Origin: Catajapyx aquilonaris | Lineage: Eukaryota | Direction: 5' to 3' | Assembly (NCBI GenBank): GCA_000934665.2 | Contig: KZ537993.1 | Span: 62,001 to 126,000 of the forward strand | DNA: 64,000 nucleotides | Shown: piece by piece, positions 23,097 through 36,400 of the stretch | Position numbering within the stretch: the first letter of the stretch is position 1 | Layout: the number at the start of each line of letters is the position of its first letter | The notes under the pieces: model-generated | What the model was told of the DNA's origin: nothing | Databases searched by the model: none | Seen by the model: the letters and a program-made list of their open reading frames with translations, nothing else | Made by a program: the position numbers and the translations under genes

Positions 23097-26086
23097 TGCT
23101 AAAACCATTTCGAACAGAACAAGCATCAATACCACCTGCAGTAATTGCACCGTGTCATGTGCATACAGAATCGCATATTTATACCTGCCCATTTGCTCCT
23201 CAAGATTAGCAAAATCGCGTTGAAGGAAGCTTGAGCTATCCGCGCTTCTGTAGTTTTTAAGCGTATCAAGAGGTGGCGGCGGCTGTCTTTCTCAAGACCA
23301 ACGGGGCAAGTCATCGGTATTCCTTAGTACGGCGTATTTTTGAAGAATCGAGAATCTAGAGATAGACTGCACTTATAAATTCCTTACGCAATATCTATGA
23401 GTATTTTTGACCTCTCTCGTGTCTAGATGAAATGGATTTATCGTAGTTGTGAGGAGTGGGCGAGAAACTCGAATGTGCAAAGTGATGTGCCTTGCGATAG
23501 GTAGGACGTCCTGCCATCAGACAAATAGGGGTACGAGATTCCCATGATTCACTTATGATTCATTCGGAATTTGCCCAGGGTTGCACAAGATGTTTATCCA
23601 CTAATTGCACATGAATCGTAATGTGGGGTGAGGCTTAGACCTAATACCGAGTAGAGCAGTGTATAGACCAAGTGCGTGGGATAGGTCCAACGGCTTACCA
23701 CTCTTCCCTTAAGTGTTCTATACCCCTCATAACTGTTAACTTATGATTACACGTAATTATGTTTCACAGGAAAGCATTAGAGCATATTGGTGATTATATG
23801 TTGTTATACAACAGTGGCGTACACCTGGTTACGTGAAAGGCCAACAATAGAGAGTATTGATAAAATTTACTATTCAACGTATTTATTATTAGCCATAGCC
23901 TGTACCAGTCCATCATGTAGTCTAAGAATTTAAAATGTATATGGATTATGTAAGGCAGGACATGATGGTCCTTCGGAGTTCGGACATGGTGTTCCTGGAG
24001 ACGTGTTCGTTCTCTGGGATTTCGGATTCTTGAAATTTTCTGAGATGGACTCCATCAAGTTGATTATGATAATATAGGATTCATTGAAAAAAATAACTGC
24101 TTTTAAATTCACTTTTTTGTTATCCACCATGTATCATCCTGACGTTCATGACAACCCCCAACCGCCGTTGCCAGCCTGGTTGTCTACTCCGCAGGATATT
24201 CCTAAATGTTCTCGTGCTGGTAACAGATCCCAAAGGAGGCGATTTTCTCTATCACAGGGCCGAAATTAATGGATACTGTAAATCAACCTGAGCGTCTTAC
24301 CGTCTGATCGTCATAGGCCTATAGACATACCATGAACCTCTAATATTCCACATAATGGGCTCGTCTGTAACTAGCCCACCTTTATAAATGGTGTCAGAAA
24401 GTAGTAGGCTGCTTTAAATGATGCTTTTTACTTCTTGATGGGTCTCTCAGTCACTAATTAATTAGAATGATTAAGATTAATGTAATGGGTGATCAGTAAC
24501 CCCCGGGGTTGCTTCAAGTAGGACGAATTTGTACTTCTGCGGGCTATTCTAACATGCAATTGCCGACTAATTGCCATTAGTGACTGAAAGGAATAACAAT
24601 GTGACTTTTATTAGCTTTTAACCATGTTGCCATTACAGGTAGAGAGAAAATGCTTCGCAGGAAATGTCACCCTTCAAGCCGTACGATGTGATATGCGGGA
24701 TATGACCTATACACGTATGGTAATCTGATTAAACTTAACTGCTGCCATACTCGGTCATTAAGCCTTTGAGCAAAAATTGTGTAGAATATTTGTGCCAAAA
24801 ATTAATATGCCATCTGAACTAATTTTTAAGAGTTACTGACCATTCCGTATGGTATTACCATTGTGTGCTTCTGTAGTTGCAATATTATATTTTACAATTG
24901 CCTCAACTATTAGAGAAGTTATGACTGTATCCAAACCGTCCGCATCAAAATTATCAGGTAAAATTTGAATACTATAACCCAATATACAGATGTATTAAAA
25001 TATTCACGATAAGTTACTTGAATTAAGGAGTTATAGTGACACCTAATCAGACGCAGTGGTATAGGATCCTCATAATCACATATCCGTGATTATGCGTTTT
25101 AATTTCGATAAAGCCTGTTTTTGTGCAAACGGTGAACTTTTATTAGATGCTGAACCGTGTAACTGCGCCATGTTTAAAGGTCACACTGTCACACTGCGCG
25201 GGCCATTTGCCTGGGGCCCTGGAATTAGAGCACTGGAGGAAGTTAGCAATCGGTTGTTGACTTTTCTGATATTAGCATGGAAAGAGCCTGTCCTAACCGC
25301 GATTGCTTTAAAAAAAACCCATCTCATCAGCATCCTCTCCTGCCCTATATTGCACCCTTTGACCGTCTCTGCACTACTTCAATCCAAAGGCATGAGCATG
25401 ACACTAACCTAAATCAACCTGTTGAAAAACACTGGTCACATGCTCATAGTGTGACTGTATTTTCTATAGCATCTCTTTTGGTGGGCCAAGAGTTGTACGC
25501 ACTGCTGGTGAATGACTTGGTGAGGAGGGCTGGTGACCTCCACCATCATAACAGCTCCCCAAATGACCCCCACACTCACTAAGCCCCCATCTCTGGAATA
25601 CAAGGACGACATTTGTTAGTTCGCAATAGGGGTAAACAACCTCGGCACCTCTAACGGTTGTACTTGCCCTGTGTCGCCTCTCATCCGCTCTCTATAAGGG
25701 AAAGGAATGGCCTAGGAGCTTATAGAATTTGGTATGCTGACTATACGATGTTGCAGAATTTGCGAAAATATCCGACGCAATTTTTTTGCGATATACGTTG
25801 TAGGATGAGAATATGCGCATTCATTGTCACGCAGCAGGGGAAATTGACCCTGGGGTTAGTTACTGAAGAGGGTGCGCATTACATCCGGATGAATCCGGCA
25901 GCACCTAACCTAAGGATGGCCCCCCAATATAGTCTAACCATTGGTCCTATAATGTTGATTTTGACCCTGAGAAGGCGTTGAACTAATCAATGTTGATTCA
26001 GCAGGGAGCAAAGCAGACGGTGCAAAAGTTGGGAGGGGAAAGATCTATTTTGCTGACGAACATACACCCAAAAAGGTCAAAAGCAC

Positions 26087-26101
26087 AGCGCCATCTGGTG
26101 C
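26087..26101 (-). promoter_or_regulatory. CTCF-like insulator motif
   Basis: The reverse complement GCACCAGATGGCGCT closely matches the CTCF core CCACYAGRKGGCGC. Confidence 0.45.
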
Positions 26102-26579
26102 ATATAACAGATTATTAATAATCGAGCTGTCATATATCGGTTAGTTTTGTGGGTCAATGTCCACTGATTCGGTCATGTGTTAGGGGGAAGATTAACGCAG
26201 GTGAATGAAATGTAATCTCTGGTGTTGTCTTGTCACCTGCGTCACTCGTGTCAACGTTCTGATTATCCATACCGGATGCAAAGGTATACATTGCTTAGTG
26301 TCTGTCGTCCTATATACTGCCACATGTCCATTTGGAATTGCATTTTGGGCGAGCATTGACGTCAGTATATCCATGATGGGTCCTCCCAATCTGGGAGGCT
26401 GAGGGTAGGACCTTGGGACTTGAGTGTATTGACCCTGGCTGGACCACTTCAAGGCCAGATTTTACAAGAAGAGCATGTTCCTGAGAGAGAGAGGAATGTG
26501 ATCTGTACTTGCAGGCCCCCCCAAACATGATGAGCATATGTGCATGCCCTCACCAATGGCGACAGACCCTGTAGTATGA

Positions 26580-26592
26580 GGGTCAGTGACCC
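26580..26592. promoter_or_regulatory. Perfect IR1 palindrome, candidate ecdysone response element (EcR/USP)
   Basis: GGGTCA-G-TGACCC. An imperfect IR1 (GGGTCA-A-TGTCCA) lies at 26151-26163. Confidence 0.5.
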
Positions 26593-29500
26593 GGGCTTGT
26601 TGCTAAGGAGAGGTTATCTGGCCCAAAACCTGTCCACATGCCTTTTTCTCGCTGGAGGATAAATATGGAATATTTTTTGTGCGTGTGTCTTCGCCTAGTG
26701 GAGTATTAAATCAATCCTGGCTTTTACCAAGGGCACTGACTGATTGCGACGGGGGTTTTGCCTGATAAATGAGGAAACTAGACGTATACACACTAGAGTT
26801 CAAGGATTTTTGAATGAGTACATAAAGTATAATTGAAAAGAAAAACGATTACGATAGCACGTATAGCGGGACCAGAATTGATAAGTCCATGAATAGTACA
26901 TCGTGACATTGCAAAATGTGGTCATGGTTGAGTTGCATTCATTGCCACTTGCATCTTCTTTCAAGTAAAAAACATGATATCTAGCCTGAAGGCTGCGGCA
27001 CTTTAAGCAATTTTTTTTTACTCCTGGAGGGAATCAAATCACATGTAATTTACTGCTGTGAGTGGACCAATTTGGACGCAGAAGCTCATTGTCCTGCCAC
27101 TTACATCTTGTTGCATGACCTGTCGACTATGGCTTGCTAGCTCCTGTGTTTTCAGGCCTGGACGCGCATACATGCAATTACTCCCATAGGGTACAGAGTG
27201 GGCCAGAACTTTAATTGATGATGGGATGTGTATATACATCGAGTGATATGTACACGCGCAGTACTATTTGCATTTTATGAACTGTAGCAATATTATTTAC
27301 ACTGGAGGTGCTATGTACACGTGTGTAAATATTTATATTCAAAAATTGGTTTGGCCCCGGTGGCGTTGTGTATGCTGCCAGAATAGTGCTTGAAAAAAGA
27401 AAACGGGAACAAGGTGCGATGAAATTGGTGCTAAAATTGGCATGGCCTATGGTATCATCGACCCGGAGAGTCGATAACTTATTCATCCACGAGTTCGTGG
27501 ATATCATAGAGCTGTAAAGTCGTTGTCACAATTTCGGGTAATAGCATGTTGATCCACATTAGGAACACCAGAGGTATTGCCCATGCTTATCTGGCTCAGA
27601 AATAGATCTGTGCCAATTCAGTGCGAATTTTTTAAGAGTTATTGGAATAACTTCTGATATTAGGTTATTTAAGCCCTGAAATGATATGAATTTTCTAGCT
27701 GAACTGTGACCTCTTGACCTCGGGTTATTGGTCGAACCAATTTTTTTTGAACCAACAAAATTTGCTTTCCAGACAATACTTCTTATAGCATATTAGAAAG
27801 CACAATTTTGCCTATATTTTTCGGAACACCCTGTATAGCAGGACGCACCCGTTGTCTAATGGATCCACCAAAATCGTTGGCAAACCTGGGGCGAGAACCT
27901 TGTGTGGGTGGAACCAACAGAGTTTGAAGGCCCAAGAGGAACGGGGTCAGGGTCAGTTCTATGGATCGAGTTGGCTCATGGGGGTGGATGTTTTTTTTTC
28001 TCTCTCTCGGTCTAGGTGGGATACACCTCCCTTACCCCTGCAATTCCTGTGGGTGTTATCCATTCCGATGATGGAAGCTTTTGACCCACAAATGCGTGAA
28101 CCTTATAGAAGGTTGCCTCAAAAATGGAGGGAATGCGACGTTATCTGCTGGATCAAAGAGGAGGATTTATATACCTTCAGCTAAAGGTTGGCAAGATGGG
28201 AACCTTTGGAGTTTGGACTTTGGAGGCCCCCAAAGATCCTCCCCAACCTATTCTGACCTTGGTACCCAATCTGACCAGCAAACAAGGGGGCCATCATTGC
28301 TTTTCAAGGGCGCATTTTTCCCAGATATCAACCGCGGGCTTTTATAAACAGCCGAAACTTCCATTGTCAAGGTGCATCATCACGTTATGAATTATTGTCA
28401 TTACGGCCTCAGGTTTGCTGGTTCACCTTCAACATTCGATGGCCAAGTTTGCAAGTGCTGCAGATAAAAAGTGTACAGCGATGGGGGAAAAAACAGCATA
28501 AACAACAGCAAAACATTCACTATAAAAGGAAATGTTTTGCTGTTGCTTATAAAAGGGGTTGTTACTATCTTGCTGTTCTAATGCACTAAAAAAATCTTGA
28601 GGTCTTTGTTAGTCAGTAATTTTTCCATATTTGGTTGATGCCCAATTATTATGTTAACCACATTACAAGCTTTAAAAAAACGAGAAACATTAAATTCGAT
28701 AAGAAAGTAATGAATAATTTTTTTAAAGGTAGGAAAATTTAGAATAATATTAGTCGATAATATATAGATATGGACGTTAATTTTCGAGTATTACTAATAA
28801 CTGTTACAATTATTGTACACTTAGACAGCGACATGCATATAGCAAGTGATCCATCTACACTAACTTTCTGACTAATTAAAAGCAGCACTGTAGGCTTTTA
28901 AAAAAAATCCAGCCCCAATTATGCAGGCCTAATTACAATCGGCAATAACGAAGGTATTTTTAATAACACCGAGGCCAGAATTAGCCGATATTAAAAAGTG
29001 CACCTGTACAAATTGCTGCCTATGCGATAGTGTTTATCTCCTTTCCCTTATAAAGTCCGCTTCCTTGTTAGCATCTTTACACGTCCATCTTGGGAGGAAC
29101 AGCCTTCTGAGGTCAAGGATAAAAACTTGCATAGCTTGGAGGGATGCAATTTGTTCGGCACACGTTGAGTTACTCTCCCACAAGTATCGCTTACGTGTCT
29201 GACTCACCTCAGGCCATATTTCGCGTGTGATTTTCATGTACCCTTCCTTGTACCATATCTGCCAATGCGTTATACTGTAATGAGTTAAATCAGCGGAACC
29301 GTTGGCTATTATGGAAGGAAAAGGTGCGGCCCTGAGACACCTCCATTGGTCGCATTAAGAAATTGAATAAAAACCCATTTGCGTTATGGACTTGGCGTGA
29401 CTCTTTGGAATGGGGGACAGTTTGACACTTCGAAATATTAGGATTCGCACTCAGAGATTGCTGTCCTTGAACTGTGACCTACCTCGTCAACACCAGTATA

Positions 29501-32500
29501 TAGACAAGCTTGGTTTTAAAAATGCACCGCCCTTCGTGTGTTGGCAAGGACTGCATTAATTAGCCGGAAATAAATAAACGAGAGTGTGTATAAAGAAGGA
29601 CTTTACCGTCGGCCTTGTTTGGATGACCTTGGATGGAATAGCGGAAATGTGACCCCGAGAGAAAATTGTAAACTGTTTCCGTGTTATTTTCGGGGTGGCC
29701 GTCAAGGGCTGGTTTTTTTGGACCGCAACTTTCTCAATGACGGTGCTTCCTATTCCGGACAATGTACCAGGAGACATGTCAGGTGCTGCCTCCTCCTGGG
29801 TGGGTCACTACAGGAGCCGCCCCGGGCTTAACCTCGGGTAGAACCTTGGGTAATGGTTGTAAATAACTGCATTGAAAATAGCCGTCAAATCTGGAAAGCT
29901 GTGTGGACATCATTTGCAAGGACACAATATATTAGGAGATGGGGTCATGTATAGTACGGTGAAATTTTCAATAGATTTCTCTGAATTTTCAAAATAATTC
30001 TGGGCATGCCTCCCACATGAGCATGATTCACTAATGATTATGACAAATCACAACTTCCTCGTTTCATTCACGCCAAACACATGGTGGCACGAAACAGAAA
30101 AAAGGTTCTTTTTGCAAATGTTTATTATGCCACACCCGCCCTCAGGAAATGCGAAACTGGTCTGCATGTGAACCACAACCTTCTGTGGCGGCTCCAAAAA
30201 TGACTTCTGTTTTCCCTAGACGTAACACTATTTGGCACCGGTTCAGGACCCTGCAAACGATACCGCCAACTTCGGTATGTCGCAATTACTCCACGAGTGT
30301 AATTTGGTTTTGCAAAAATGGATAAATGTTTTTTGAAGGGGAGATCGACATGTGCGTGTATAATTGGACAGCTGACCTTCGTTTGGACCGAAACTGTAGC
30401 CACACACTTGTGGTCTTCCAGGGTCACAGGGCGACTATTTCTGGCAGCCCCCGTTGGCCAATTATTTGTGCGATTTCCGCAGTCGATTGAACGACATCAT
30501 TCGGAGGACATCGGTATTTTTTTACTAGAATTAATGGGCGGGAGCTTGTTGTTATTGGAATAATTTGATCGGTTCGGCAATGATGGATAATGGTCCACCG
30601 TATGTATACAACGTAACTGTGAGTGACCATGGGAAAAGGAATTGAGAAACGGAAAAAAGATTAAGTTGCAAATCAACCTCGCACGTGTAACCTTGCGAAG
30701 GACAAAAGGTATATTCTCAGCCGTTTGGTAACGTCATGTCAGAAGTCCATTTCGATAATTGGCGTGGAATGAAACGGACAGTGGCCAGTTTGTCACCGGA
30801 CACGTAACCCAGTATGCGCATGTAAATTGCTGCAAATATTTTATTCATCTGTCCTAGACAAATTTTGCAATTATTATGGGGGATGAAAATAAGGCAAAAA
30901 AATTCGCACTATAAGGTGATAAATGAGATCTTGTCATATTTTCGCCTCGCTGCATTTTTCCTCTTGTATCTAAAAGTACTCCGGCAGATATTGGCATTTT
31001 TTTCATTTTACTTACGCAATATTCTTCATATTGTTTGGAACGCAATAGGATGATGTGCTAATTTGCATAATGATATGTGTTTCCCACCCTGTAATGAAAT
31101 CTTGCGCAATTACAATTAACCGCAGCAGCATAAAAATAAATCGGCAAGCCACTGTGGTGACGACTGGGTTTTCCCTTCCTCAAATCCAGTGTCGAAAACC
31201 AAACAAAATTGCCAAAAGTTGCACTGTAATCTACTCCACGTTTTCCCACTCTTCGGCAAAGTGCCCATTGCACCGGCCACGAAGAGTAGTAACAGTGGGA
31301 TAGGCCATGTCAATGACTGGATCTCTGCCAAAAATAATGGATGAACTAGTACGCCCTCTATACTACACCGCTGAAAAGTGCAAAAGTCTGCATCATATCC
31401 TTTCGTCCTTGCCCTTGAAAATGCAATAGATATACGGACGTAACGTGGAAAAAAATAGCATGTTTGTTTTATGATTGCATCACTATGCGAGGGCGTTGCG
31501 TGTATCTGCAATTAACTACTTACTATAAAGATGATTTTATTCTCTTACCAAACTGGTGACAGTGTTGAAATTGTCGTTTTAATTGTTTGAAAAATGCGCA
31601 TATTATGGTTTTGCGACGTAGCGCAATTTTTGCTACGTTCTGCCATATTCTGACGTATTTTACTCTTCAGCTCTCTCCCGGAAGCCCGCTATGTGTAGTA
31701 TATTGTGGAGGACATGTGTGGGATGGAAGGTCACACAGGCGCACTATTCGCAACCCCAAAGGATCACAAACGGCATTTCTAGGAATCCCCGGGCCTACCC
31801 AGAATACAACCCAGATTTATCTGGACACAAAATTCGCACGAAATTCTAACACCAACTTATAGGTATTAACACGTACCCAGCACCAATGTTGACATGCGCA
31901 GATTATACGCCGGTTTATGTAACAGCGATTATATTCATCTCTGCAGGAAACGTATTAAATGTAGCCATACAAATTGCTAGGTCTCTCAACAAAAATTGGC
32001 AAAATCCTACGCAGAAAATGTGTTTTTTTTTGTTACTGCACAATATCAGCTCCGAAAACGTAAACACTCCCACACATTTCCTTTTTACCTTTTGATCCGG
32101 TGAGAGAAGCCCAAGCACGCAATAAGCTCAGTAAAGACGGAGAAGCCCCCGACGAAAAATTGCGTTTCATGCTCCTCGTAATAAATCGATAGGTTCCGGT
32201 GAGGGACTAGAGTGAACCGGAATTTGCGCGCGAACTCTGGGAAAGTTGAAGTTCAAGGTCATAGCAAATGCGACTGTCGCGAGGGATGTCAGAGCTAGCG
32301 GGATGTTTTTTTTTCCTTCTTTTTCTTTTTTTAAACCACGCCTCTGGTCCTGGAGAATTACGTGGTAATCTACATGTACAACAAATGGTTTCTGCGAAAA
32401 TGTGGACATCCAAAGTAGGATGTTTACGGACAGGGGGTTTATATTGGGCTTCAGAGTGGGATTTAGTTAGACGGCGAAAGCACAAGTTAATGACGTTTGT

Positions 32501-32774
32501 AGGGGCAGGAAAATGTCAAGAGTGAATCCCTAGAAAGAAGGGGGATACCTGACGCAGAATGGGGCACTGCACTGGGGAGACTTTTCATATGCAAATAGCA
32601 TTTGTTGACGGTGAAGTTTTTGGAATACTGTAATAAAAAATATTGGTATTAAAATCAATGAATGACTGAATTAACATACCAAAAATACGACAATGAATTG
32701 ATTGATTGAATGAACGAATGAATGAAAAACCGAACAAAAAATACGACAGTGAATACTAAATGAAATAAGTAAAA

Positions 32775-32775
<1 letters not shown>

Positions 32776-32845
<70 letters not shown>

Positions 32846-33337
32846 TTCTTTTCCTCCCTGCAGGGAGGGCTTAAGTAAAATATATTAATAGATTACAAAA
32901 TAAAATGTAGATATAAATAAATATGAATGAACGATAAAAATAAGATATTAATTAATGCTAATAAATAAATAAACAAATAAATAACTAATACTAACAATTA
33001 ATTAATTGATCGTATTATTTAATCGATAATAGTAATTAACTGATCGACAATATTAACTAATTGATCGTATTAATTAATCGATAATATTAATTAACTGATC
33101 GACAATATTAACTAATTGATCGTATTAATTAATCGATAATATTAACTAATTGCCAATAATTAACTAATTAATGACTTAATTATTTAATACTAGCTAATAA
33201 TAAATAATTAAGCAATACTAATAATTACTTAATAATTAAGCAATAAATACTAGTAAATACTAATAATTACTAATTAAGTAATAAATACTAATAAGTAATA
33301 AAATAAGACTAATAAATAGCATTTCATAGTAATGACC

Positions 33338-33390
<53 letters not shown>

Positions 33391-33400
33391 TAATAATAAA
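32776..33400. repeat. AT-rich simple/tandem repeat block
   Basis: (ATT)~22 at 32776-32842, a ~55-bp unit (TAATTGATCGTATTAATTAATCGATAATATTAATTAACTGATCGACAATATTAAC) repeated ~2.5 times at ~33003-33150, and (AAT)n at ~33340-33400. Confidence 0.9.
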
Positions 33401-36400
33401 TATAATTTCACAGTAATTATTGAAATAATAACCAAAGTGCAAAACAAATCAAAATATAATTCTATTAAACTTACAATTAAATGCATGTGTGAATAACACA
33501 TTATATGACGGTATGGTTTGAAGGGCGTGACTGAGAAAATTAACCAGTTACGTGTCCTTCCAGCTTGTGGCAATTGCGAGGGTATCCTGGCAGCAATTGA
33601 AATATCACATCGATCAACCTAGGGCATTTCGTCTGAGGAGAGGTTCATGGCAACGCAAACAGGAAATAACACCGCAGATTCGTGCAGAATGTGGAACAAG
33701 GGCGCCAGTTAAAAGTGTTTGAACTTACGAACCTACTCCCTCCCCCTCCATTCCCTTCTTCTTCTTCGTCTTCTTCCCCTTCCCTAAGTTACCTCCCCTT
33801 TTTCCTTGCTGATGCGCCAAAAAAAGAGGAATGCCAGTTCTTCAATGCACACACGTCAACTGTTTTATCCACGAGCGAAGGCCAGCGGGGGGCATCGGAA
33901 TGTAACCTTGCAGATGAGGTGGCCTCACTTTTGCAAAAACCACACTGTGTCCTTTTCAGAGGCTGATCCTCTTTTTTTGCGCAAAATTTATTTATTGCCG
34001 CAGAATTTTTTGCGGGTGGAATAAAAGTGAAAGGAACTGTTGTTTTCCTTTCAAAAAAGTTATAATGTTTAATAGTCGCATCAACAATGTGTATTTCGGT
34101 GTACAGTTTGTTCTGAATGAATTTATGGTGCTGTCGCAATGTGCTAATATTTTTATACTGTGTCATTGCAAATATTTCGACATTTTTATCTACTAGTAGA
34201 AACGTAACATTTTTGACACACAATAAAACTTGAACGAACTTATGGCCGCGAGATTACAATTTTGCAAATGACGTATTTTTTTTTGCACCTGACGTCCGCG
34301 AGAGCATGAAGCGTTCTGCTTATGACAGCAGGGAAAAGATTGTCGTCCCACGCTCGAGAACGAGTGGGGTCAAACGTCAAGTGACGCTAATTAATCGCTC
34401 GGTGATTCGCTGCCTTGTTCAACTAGTCTCATCGATATCATACGTCAAAAATAGAACAAAAAAAATTTGAATATAATTATTAAACTGTTTTGTTAGTGCA
34501 TCAGGTGGACTGTTGACGAGACGGGAAAAAGGCAGACAAGGTCACTAGATGGCGATGGACTTGGGGTCAAAAATAGAAATGCCCAGCAAGGGTAGTCTGG
34601 AGTCTGCTATTAGATCCATCGAGGACACAAGAAGGACACCTGACCACTAATAAAAACAAGATGGACGCCATTTTTTTATATAATATATTATTTTTATAGT
34701 GCGATTCAGGCTCGAGTTTTCCAACCGGATCGAATATTGTATTTTGACACCATAGTCGGTAGCTGGTTACATAAATGAGGGCTGCGGAGAAACGGTGATT
34801 CTTCCATTGACGTCATGTTTCCATTAGGTTGTAATGCTGTTCGATCATGGAGTGTAGGCAGTTCTCCTGTGACGTGGAAAAGAGTTTTTCTGCAGTTTCT
34901 GTACCTGCTATTTTAAGAACAAATGCCACATTGTGAGAGATGACGCGACGTTATGACATCCATACGATTGACTATAGATTTCGGAGGAGTTGTACCTGCT
35001 GATCAGTCTGTACTGCAACTATAATGAGACAATTTGGGCATATTAATTAGTTAAATAATCAGAGCATGATTAACACATAATTTGTGTGAAGGTGTCCAAA
35101 TTGGTATTAATTTAAATCATAATGACATTTTTTGGCCCAATGAAGTTGGTAATTGTAATCTATGCTCAATGTAATTTTTGTAAAAGTGCTAGAGGCCTGA
35201 CACTCGAATATGCACTAGCTGTCATCCCGTCGGAATAAACTACAAACCGTGTCAATAATAACCATAAAAATCTCCGCAATGACTGTCATCAGTCGTGGAA
35301 CACTAGTTATTTATAAACCTTGCCAGCAGAGCATTGCATACATTACCATCCACTCAGGCTAGTTACAATATTGAACCAGATCAAATTACTATAATACACT
35401 TATCCAATTTTCTTTATCATGATTACAATTTTTTTTCTCTACACACTGTATCAGCATCCTTGAAATCAACTCCTACTTGTTTGTAATTCCCGCTCAAAAT
35501 GTGGCGATCGCATTACGGTACCCGGCAGTTTGTCACTCCCCAAGGTAGCGGCTATTTTTTGAGCCGCAGCAGACGCTTCCTGAAGGAACCGGAAAGGACC
35601 GCAAAAAGGAGGTGAAGGCTATTGAGAATAGAATTGTTGATTAGCATATTGGATGGAAGGTAGCGCTTTTGTCCTTGGCGCGGCTTAGCACGCAGGTTAG
35701 CTGCCGCTGGAAGGGGTGGGGGGAGGGGTAGGCCAATGGAGGACATTTAGGTGTCCAAAATAGCATATCGATTGGATGAGGTTTAGCTAGGAAGCTGCAT
35801 TAATGGCAGGCAATTAGGCCTAACTTTTCGGCTTTTTAAGGGTGGGGGGGGGGGGATTTTAAAATTTAATAATAATGGAACTCCCACACAGGTGTCTTCA
35901 CCCCTGACATTTTCGAGAGCATATCACTACCTTTTGTGCTATTTTCAGAAATAGGATAGAAATGCTCCTATAGGATCGCATCTGAGACGGTAGAGTTCAC
36001 CAGGTACACCTACGCGCCATCACCTTTTAAGCCTGTCTTTGTGGAGCAACTGGGAAAATATGCGCAGTTTGCCTAGAAAAGGTCAGGTTATCGGGATCTT
36101 GCTTATATCTTGGGAGGGTAGGCAAAAAAAAACAAAAATGAAAGCACAATTCCCTTTCCATAGAAGGCTTCCGTCATTCCAGGCCTGATCGACTGGTTTA
36201 CAGTTAGCACTTGAAGGGCAGTTAGTTGATCCTAACCGCCAGTGGGACCAACCGCAACTTGCCCCCTAGTGTCTGCATTACTCATTTTCTGCCTAATTCT
36301 CGATGCAGCTTAAGGTCGAGGTGACGTCAAAGTGCCCTTGATGCGTCTTTGATTGCTTTATTGCCGGGTGCAGCTTGATTGCAATCAGGTATATAGTGCC

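Noticed and set aside
27707..27720. Perfect DR2 (TGACCT-CT-TGACCT) as an E75/Rev-erb autoregulatory site
   Set aside because: It lacks the A/T-rich 5' extension and lies ~100 bp inside a Tc1-type MITE end (GGAACACCCTG-TA at ~27835), so it is probably repeat-borne.
33003..33150. Regularly spaced repeats resembling a CRISPR array
   Set aside because: Eukaryotic context, tandem units without unique spacers, and no cas genes.
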